From Candidatus Omnitrophota bacterium (GTDB lineage: Bacteria > Omnitrophota > Gorgyraeia > S143-82), in assembly GCA_015494465.1 (NCBI GenBank), contig WGBD01000001.1, positions 116,477 through 180,476 of the forward strand: a stretch of 64,000 nt of DNA, given 5' to 3'. This document shows, piece after piece, positions 57,794-64,000 of this stretch. How positions within the stretch are numbered: position 1 is the stretch's first letter; each line of letters opens with the position of its first letter. The position numbers and the translations under genes are program-made. Below the pieces are notes generated by a model that saw only the letters and a program-made list of their open reading frames with translations, was not told the origin of the DNA and ran no database searches.

Positions 57794-59966
57794 AAAAGAC
57801 ATCCTTTGGCGTAAATACGGACTTGTCTAACTTGATCCCCCGTCGCAACATCTCGTCGTAAAAACTGGGGATGTACCCAGTAGCGGTAAACTCTCCTAAT
57901 ATTCTCCCATCCTCATCTACGCCCGTCTGGACGAACACAAAGACATCTTCCATCCTAACGGTCATCATGTCCTCTTCCAGACCGGTCAATTCCGATATCT
58001 TCATGACCTTCCTAGAGCCATCGCTCAACCTAGCGGTATGGACCACGACATCTATGGCCGAGGCGACCATCTCCCTTATCGCCCGGATGGGCAGTTCCAC
58101 CCCACTCATGAGGATCATAGAGTCCAATCGGGCGATGACATCTTGAGGAGAATTGGCGTGTACCGTGGTCAGGGATCCGTCGTGTCCGGTGTTCATGGCC
58201 TGAAGCATGTCTAATGCCTCTACACTTCGGCACTCGCCTATGATTATTCTATCCGGCCGCATCCTTAATGTATTGCGAAAGAGGTCGCGTATAGTTATTT
58301 CACCTTTACCCTCTATATTTGGAGGCCTGCTTTCCAACCGCACCCAGTGCTCCTGGTGAAGCCTAAGCTCTGCTGCATCTTCAATGGTCACGATCCTTTC
58401 GTGGTCCGGTATGAATTGGGAAAATGCATTCAAGACCGTGGTCTTACCCGAGCCAGTCCCTCCGGATATTACCATGTTCTTCCTGGCGATAATACAGGCC
58501 TTTAAGAACTCTGCCATCTCTGGGGTCAGGGTGCCAAAGCGGATGAGATCTTGTGCGGTATACCGCTCCTTGCCAAACTTACGAATCGTAAGCATCGGGC
58601 CATTCAGGGAAAGGGGAGGGATGATCGCGTTGACCCTGGAACCGTCCGGCAAGCGCGCGTCCACCATTGGAACCGACTCGTCAATTCTCCTACCCAAAGG
58701 CGCGATGATACGCTCTATTATCTGCACGACCTGCTCGTTGGATATAAACTTTTTATCCTCCACCTTCTGCAGTTTCCCAAACTTTTCGATGTAAATCTGA
58801 TCCTTGTTGTTGACCATTATGTCGGTGATGTCGGGATCCTTGAGGAGGTCCTCCAGTGGGCCAAATCCTAAGGCCTCGTCTGCTATCTCCTTCACCAGCC
58901 TAGCCCGAATCTCGTAGTCCTCTAAGGATCCCCCCAACTCCTCTGCCAATATCTCCCCAATCATCCGCTCGGTATTCGCCCTCAGCTCGTGCCTTGCAGA
59001 GGTCTCTATCTTCAAGAAGTCCAATTTGCGTAGCTCCATCCTCTCCACCAGCTTCAAGTGCACCCGCTTTTTGAGGCTGACGACCTCGTCCACCTGTTCC
59101 TTCTTCTCCACATCCGACTCAAACCCATACTCTCGCCAGAAAGACACCAGGGCAGAGACCTCTTCTTCCTCTACCTCCACATCGGATAAGCTCCTCTTGG
59201 GCACATAAAGGTCTTCATCCTTTAGCAGGAGTTCAGCCAATCTGGTAACCGCCATACCCACCTTACTGTTGGGCTCGTACATCACGACCGGGATACCAAA
59301 ATTCAGGGCCTCTCCTACCACCCGTCCTTCACTAGGGATCTGGGCTATTATGTCCAGAGGAAGGATCGTCTTTATCTCCTTAAGACCCACACCTCCTTTA
59401 CTTGCAGACCTATTGAGGACTCCCTTCACTAGCTCTTTAGGGAGAAACAGTCCTGCTAATGTGCTCAACATCTCCTTTGATTGGTAAACGGAAAGCAAAT
59501 CAGGCAATACCACATCTATTACCAGATTAGCCAGATCCAAGAGCTTAGCCGAAAACCCCACCAAGTTATGACCGCCATCTACGACCACGAAGTCGTACAG
59601 TTCACCTAGCCTCTTGAGAAGATGGCGAGGGTCTACCCGCTCCAGCAAGGGCAGATCCCCAGGCTTCAGGATTACGGGGATGTACTCTAACTTAGAATTG
59701 TGCTGTAGCCTGTATTCAGAGAAATACCTGCTCAACTTCTCTAGGGATACATCTGGGCTGAGATCCTGATGATCCACATAAAAGTTGAGGAAAGAGCGGG
59801 CAGGGAAAAGCCCCAGCAATCTCGCAGGATCGCCAACTATCGGTAGGCTAGAATCTATCAAGAGGACTCTGGCACCGGATAACGAGAGAGCAACCGCGGT
59901 ATTCGTGGCCAGGAACGATACGCCTACCCCGCCCTTAAAGCTAAAGAAATAGACGAACTTGGCCAT
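57768..59966 (-). CDS. fused CpaE/TadZ (MinD-like) - CpaF/TadA pilus ATPase
   Basis: N-terminal SFKGGVGVS.LATN and YDFVVVD; C-terminal GPLEDLL, VDARLPDGSRVN, GGTGSGKTT, IEDAAEL, RMRPDRIIIGE, MNTGHDGS. Confidence 0.92.
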   Translation of the reverse strand: MAKFVYFFSFKGGVGVSFLATNTAVALSLSGARVLLIDSSLPIVGDPARLLGLFPARSFLNFYVDHQDLSPDVSLEKLSRYFSEYRLQHNSKLEYIPVILKPGDLPLLERVDPRHLLKRLGELYDFVVVDGGHNLVGFSAKLLDLANLVIDVVLPDLLSVYQSKEMLSTLAGLFLPKELVKGVLNRSASKGGVGLKEIKTILPLDIIAQIPSEGRVVGEALNFGIPVVMYEPNSKVGMAVTRLAELLLKDEDLYVPKRSLSDVEVEEEEVSALVSFWREYGFESDVEKKEQVDEVVSLKKRVHLKLVERMELRKLDFLKIETSARHELRANTERMIGEILAEELGGSLEDYEIRARLVKEIADEALGFGPLEDLLKDPDITDIMVNNKDQIYIEKFGKLQKVEDKKFISNEQVVQIIERIIAPLGRRIDESVPMVDARLPDGSRVNAIIPPLSLNGPMLTIRKFGKERYTAQDLIRFGTLTPEMAEFLKACIIARKNMVISGGTGSGKTTVLNAFSQFIPDHERIVTIEDAAELRLHQEHWVRLESRPPNIEGKGEITIRDLFRNTLRMRPDRIIIGECRSVEALDMLQAMNTGHDGSLTTVHANSPQDVIARLDSMILMSGVELPIRAIREMVASAIDVVVHTARLSDGSRKVMKISELTGLEEDMMTVRMEDVFVFVQTGVDEDGRILGEFTATGYIPSFYDEMLRRGIKLDKSVFTPKDVFYEINKKGG

Positions 59967-59967
59967 C

Positions 59968-61527
59968 TCACTGGAAGACAAAGGGCAAGTCTAACCAGAC
60001 TACATCCAGATCCGTACCCTCTGGCAAAGGCGGAAGAGGTTGAATGTCTCGGGCGATGTTCAATGCTATGCGCTCGAGTCTCTTGTCCCCCGGTGACTCC
60101 TTTATGACGACATTCTCAACGCTCCCATCCTCTCGCACCTTCAGGCTTACCACCACCTTACCTTTCGCGTCCACAAGGGGATACCTCCTCAGCTCCTCTC
60201 TCACCTTTCGTAACACATACTTGGCATAATCCTCTATATCCTTAATGGCAGGTCCATCTTCGCCATCTTGACTCGATCCCGCCGCCTTTCCCGCCTTATA
60301 CTCCGATACTTCTCCCACATCTCCTTGGGATACAAGTCCCAGAATCTCCGGGGTAATGGTAATCACCAATTCGGTCTCGGAAGAGGTGATGTCTTTAGAC
60401 CTGAAGAACTCGCCTATTATCGGCAGTTTCGACAAACCGAATAAGGCAGATCTGTTCTCCCCTTTCTTTCTCTGCAACAATCCCCCTATCACCACCGTTT
60501 GGCCGTCCTTCAGCGTAATCTCTGTCTCCGCCTGGCGGGAAACAAATGCCGGTACCGAATAAACTGCATTGGTGGTATCCGTAGCGATGTTAACCGTAGT
60601 AGAGTGCACAGGGTCTATGTCTGAAACCTCACACTTTATCTTGAGGTCCAGGCCTTCGCGAATTATGGTCGGCGTCATGTCCAATATCACCCCGTAAGGT
60701 TTATACTCCACACTGGCGGTATTATCCTCGTAAGTGACGATCGGTATCTCTCCTCCTACCACTATCTTGGCGGGCTTACCATTTGCGGCCATTATGTTTG
60801 GCCGGGCCAAGACCTTACCCTTGTGATTGGTCTCCAAGGCCCTTATCAATATAGACAAGTCGTTCCTCTCCCATATGTTAAACCTAATAGCCCCTCGGGA
60901 AAAGGGAAGACCATTGCCTGACTCATCCTCAACATCTTGTCCTATAGCGGTAAGGCGCAACTCTTGAGGCCAGGAGATGCCAAATCCCTTATTGAGGTCC
61001 GTACCCACCTCCAGCACATTTAGAGATAACCTGATACTATCCTTTACACTTGCCTCGTGGACCAGGTTTACCAACACCTGACTACCCAAAGCGCTTACCG
61101 CTTGTTCCACCCTATTCATCTCCTCATGGCTAAAGACCGTACCGCTGAGAAGGAGCAGTCCACTTTCTTTATCTAGTTTGAGGCTCACCTTTTTATCCAA
61201 TCCCAGTGCAGAGAGAATCCTTTTCAGTTTCTTGTACTGGAGCTCCACATCCTCCTCCCACACCACCACCTCGTATTTTCTCTCTTGTCCATCTGAGCCC
61301 ACAATTACTAGATCCGTCCGCCCGGATTCCTTTCCCGTGAGCAAAACATCCGTCTCGTCCACAGTAACATCCAGGACCGCTGGATTGGAAATAGATATCT
61401 GGGTAGGGACCTCCTCTAGCTTGAGGGGAACCGTCTCACCCTTAACGAGGTACAAGACCCCTGCTTGAGCAAAAGGAGCCATAAGGAAAAATAATCCAAT
61501 CACCCCCGCACAGAGACGGGAAATCAT
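59968..61527 (-). CDS. cpaC: CpaC/RcpA Tad secretin with C-terminal TonB_C-like domain
   Basis: ISNPAVLDV pilus-N domain; LARPNI..NGKPA...GGEIP, YKPYGVIL..TP, DGQTVVIGGL, LSKLPIIGEFF, ETELVITITP; tail GKVVVSLKVREDGSV...ESPGDKRLERIA...PLPPLP. Confidence 0.88.
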   Translation of the reverse strand: MISRLCAGVIGLFFLMAPFAQAGVLYLVKGETVPLKLEEVPTQISISNPAVLDVTVDETDVLLTGKESGRTDLVIVGSDGQERKYEVVVWEEDVELQYKKLKRILSALGLDKKVSLKLDKESGLLLLSGTVFSHEEMNRVEQAVSALGSQVLVNLVHEASVKDSIRLSLNVLEVGTDLNKGFGISWPQELRLTAIGQDVEDESGNGLPFSRGAIRFNIWERNDLSILIRALETNHKGKVLARPNIMAANGKPAKIVVGGEIPIVTYEDNTASVEYKPYGVILDMTPTIIREGLDLKIKCEVSDIDPVHSTTVNIATDTTNAVYSVPAFVSRQAETEITLKDGQTVVIGGLLQRKKGENRSALFGLSKLPIIGEFFRSKDITSSETELVITITPEILGLVSQGDVGEVSEYKAGKAAGSSQDGEDGPAIKDIEDYAKYVLRKVREELRRYPLVDAKGKVVVSLKVREDGSVENVVIKESPGDKRLERIALNIARDIQPLPPLPEGTDLDVVWLDLPFVFQ

Positions 61528-62813
61528 AAGCCTCCCCCTTTTATTGGTCTGTATCTCTCGAAAGGAGAAATCAATTCATCCTCACTCTCGCTTAATCTCT
61601 CCTCGAATTCCTTCCCTTCTTCGGACTCTTTCTCCTCCGTGGATCTTACCTCTGTCCCTTCCTCCTCATCCTTCTGCTCTCCAGATCCCTCTTCGCTCGT
61701 CAAGAGGGCCTTCTTAAACATGGACAAGATCTTTTGGCCCATCTCTTTATCCCTGCTCTCCCTGACTTGGGGAATACTTTCCCTGTCCGGTCTTTCGGTC
61801 TCCCCTTTTAGGAGAATCTCCTTCACTTCCACGACCCCACCTTTTCTTATCTTTATGGTACGGGTAGCAGGCTTGGGAGCAACTCTTTGCCCCATAAGCT
61901 GTAGGGCCTGCTTCGCCTTCTCGGCTTGCTCCTTTGCCTTTGCCATCTCGCTCGCCTGCTTCAGCAGTTCCGGGATTGCATACTGGAGCACTGCATCAAC
62001 AGTAACAGGAGGGATCCTCGTCTCGTCTGTGTCCAGACGCGAACGAGGGAATATCCTTATGCTCCCCAATTGAGAGGCCATGAGCAAGATTGCAGCGTCC
62101 CTAGGGGGTAAAGCGAAGGTCAAAGTCCCTTGATTAGGATTAAATGGAACCCTCTCTTTGCCCTCGTCGTCCCTCCTTTTTCTTATACTTCTCGAACTCT
62201 CTTTCCCTTTAGGGCCTCTACTTGCGTAAAAGACGCCATTTACTGCCTTTATCTCCACATTGGAAAACAGACCAGCGGTCACCATCTGGGAGGGCGGGAG
62301 ATTGAACATCAAAGCGATGTCCACCTTGTCACCTGGCTTTATAAATCTAAACAGGTCGAGCTGTTGGACCTGCACCGTAACCAGGCGTCTACCCAGAGGA
62401 ATGACCTGCCGGCGCAGGACATCGGGAGAGACCAACCTGGGCATCAATACCTGCTCTCCCTTAACTAGATCAACCGTTACTAGTTTCCCTATCACCGCAT
62501 CCAGAGACCCCGCAGAGGCAGGCAACTTCCGGGAGCGAGGGACCATTATCTCCTCCACCATCTCCGAGGTAAGGATGGTCCCTGCCTTGATGTCTTCCTT
62601 CGCCACCACCACCGGCACCTTTGCCTCTACCCGTTTGGTCGCGGTCATCCGCCTCAATTCGTCACTTAACCTCTGAAGCTGTTGCTGTTGTTGATATAGC
62701 CGTTGTTGCAAGATCATCGCCCGCTGGCGTTCCCTCTGGAAATAGACATAGGCGATCGAGGCAGCCAATATACCCGAAACGATGGCGAGAATTAATGGAA
62801 GGTTTCTACCCAT
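61524..62813 (-). CDS. cpaB: Flp pilus assembly protein CpaB/RcpC
   Basis: N-terminal TM, SAF domain VVVAKEDIKAG, IPLGRRLVTV, FIKPGDKVDI, long acidic tail. Confidence 0.88.
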   Translation of the reverse strand: MGRNLPLILAIVSGILAASIAYVYFQRERQRAMILQQRLYQQQQQLQRLSDELRRMTATKRVEAKVPVVVAKEDIKAGTILTSEMVEEIMVPRSRKLPASAGSLDAVIGKLVTVDLVKGEQVLMPRLVSPDVLRRQVIPLGRRLVTVQVQQLDLFRFIKPGDKVDIALMFNLPPSQMVTAGLFSNVEIKAVNGVFYASRGPKGKESSRSIRKRRDDEGKERVPFNPNQGTLTFALPPRDAAILLMASQLGSIRIFPRSRLDTDETRIPPVTVDAVLQYAIPELLKQASEMAKAKEQAEKAKQALQLMGQRVAPKPATRTIKIRKGGVVEVKEILLKGETERPDRESIPQVRESRDKEMGQKILSMFKKALLTSEEGSGEQKDEEEGTEVRSTEEKESEEGKEFEERLSESEDELISPFERYRPIKGGGL

Positions 62814-62863
62814 TAGCCCTCTCCTTTACCCCCCACTCGAATCAACCGTTAACGCTCATCTAT

Positions 62864-62892
62864 ATTTTAAGGGGGAATTTACAAATTTTCAA
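62864..62892 (-). promoter_or_regulatory. putative sigma70 promoter of the tad operon
   Basis: TTGAAA-17 nt-TAAAAT, followed by AAGGAGAGG SD before cpaB. Confidence 0.6.
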
Positions 62893-64000
62893 AATGTTTC
62901 TCTATGGAAGATTCATAATGCGATCTCACAGAATCCACTATCTTCTTTATTCTCTCTGCGTTTTCAAGGTCTTTATATGCCCGTTCCAACGCCTGCCTGA
63001 GCTGCGCAGGCAACTCTTCCCAACTGACAAGCGAATATTTCTTTTCCTTGGGTAAAAAGAAAAGATATACTTTATCCCCAATAGCAAGTCTCACCGGATC
63101 AGACCCTACCGGAACAGAGGAAATAAGATTAAAATACGCATTTATTTCCTCCAGTCTCTGCTTAATCTTCCTCTTTTCTCCTTCATCCTTGGCATCCGCT
63201 AATCTAGCCTGTAAATCCTGCAACTCTTTCACAAGAGATGCGGTACTGACGCGCTCTACATATGCTGGCCCCATTGTCTCTCTGGCAACGCTTCTGAAGG
63301 CCTCTTTAGCATCGCCATTATTCTGCGCTTTCTCCTGATAAAAACGCCCCATTACCGCATCCGCCTGAGAAGACGAATCAACCTCTATCTTCCATATGGT
63401 TGTCCTCCAATCCACCATATAATCGAGGATTGGAAATCCCAAACGGGTAGCAATCTTGGCCAATTCCGTATTAAGGAAATTCTCATAATTTGGGGAGTTG
63501 GATTCTAAATCCATTCGCAGGGCATCCAGTGCCCGATTATACATATCCCTGACATCATCCTCAGCTACTTCCGTGGTACTTCCTTCCTCCTGAAGCATTT
63601 TATTCGTAGAAAGCATTAAACCATAAATCTTCTGCATTGACTTTACATCCGGATACTTATTATATCCTCGTTCTATAGCGGCAACTGCAGCCAGCATACT
63701 CTTAACAAACTCGTCGTACACGGACTTTTTCTTATCTTCCGGCAACCCGAGAAAAGAGTCCTTAGCACTATCAGGAGGAACATTTGCATTCAAGGCATAC
63801 CAAGCGTAAAAATCGTCTACTGTAAATGTATAGGGACCTACTTTTAATGCTATTTTATCGGCTGGCAGAGAAGTGGACGATCCTTTTGCTGAGGGAGATG
63901 TTGCAGAAGAGACCGATTGTTCCACATTACTCTGGGTGCCTAAAACACCTTTATCGGCATTTTTGCCACACCCCCCAAGAACGAAAAGGATCGGCAAGAA
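62879..64000 (-). CDS. lipoprotein, divergent PrsA/SurA-like foldase (5' end runs off the window)
   Basis: Lipobox LGGC; KVGPYTFTVDDF, AIERGY..PDV, VAEDDVRDMY, FRSVARE resemble PrsA; frame open to the window edge. Confidence 0.55.
   Translation of the reverse strand, partial: FLPILFVLGGCGKNADKGVLGTQSNVEQSVSSATSPSAKGSSTSLPADKIALKVGPYTFTVDDFYAWYALNANVPPDSAKDSFLGLPEDKKKSVYDEFVKSMLAAVAAIERGYNKYPDVKSMQKIYGLMLSTNKMLQEEGSTTEVAEDDVRDMYNRALDALRMDLESNSPNYENFLNTELAKIATRLGFPILDYMVDWRTTIWKIEVDSSSQADAVMGRFYQEKAQNNGDAKEAFRSVARETMGPAYVERVSTASLVKELQDLQARLADAKDEGEKRKIKQRLEEINAYFNLISSVPVGSDPVRLAIGDKVYLFFLPKEKKYSLVSWEELPAQLRQALERAYKDLENAERIKKIVDSVRSHYESSIEKHFENL

Noticed and set aside
1-64000. CRISPR arrays, IS elements, prophage, tandem-repeat arrays or anti-phage defence operons
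   Set aside because: Intergenic gaps are all under about 170 nt with no repeat-spacer pattern, and no transposase, phage or recognisable defence motifs were seen; RecJ, the DEDDh exonuclease and the glycosylase fit ordinary repair roles

Overview
Gene-dense bacterial chromosomal segment with about 59 CDS, only 6 of them on the + strand, and 3 tRNAs. I saw no transposase, integrase, prophage, CRISPR array or rRNA. Most genes are housekeeping (leuC, ilvC, ilvD, glgC, panB, nadA, cysE, mnmA, lysS, rph, fmt, recJ, acpS, hflKC, rtcB). The rest are envelope/glycosylation genes, two-component and c-di-GMP signalling genes, iron-uptake genes and an unusual Tad-pilus-like operon. The gene repertoire (diderm envelope, PEP-CTERM protein, fused Tad components) suggests a PVC-superphylum organism such as Candidatus Omnitrophota, possibly thermophilic; this is inference only. 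Best leads: (1) a Tad operon with a secretin-TonB_C fusion and a CpaE-CpaF fusion, lacking tadB/tadC but continuing into a beta-propeller/half-TolC-like protein and a PilB/GspE motor; (2) a FeoA-pseudo-FeoB fusion preceded by a 57-aa four-Cys protein missed by the ORF track; (3) a CHASE2-PP2C phosphatase plus a STAS-kinase fusion overlapping rtcB; (4) a PriA lacking its helicase motifs. All functional calls come from recognising motifs by eye; no searches were run.
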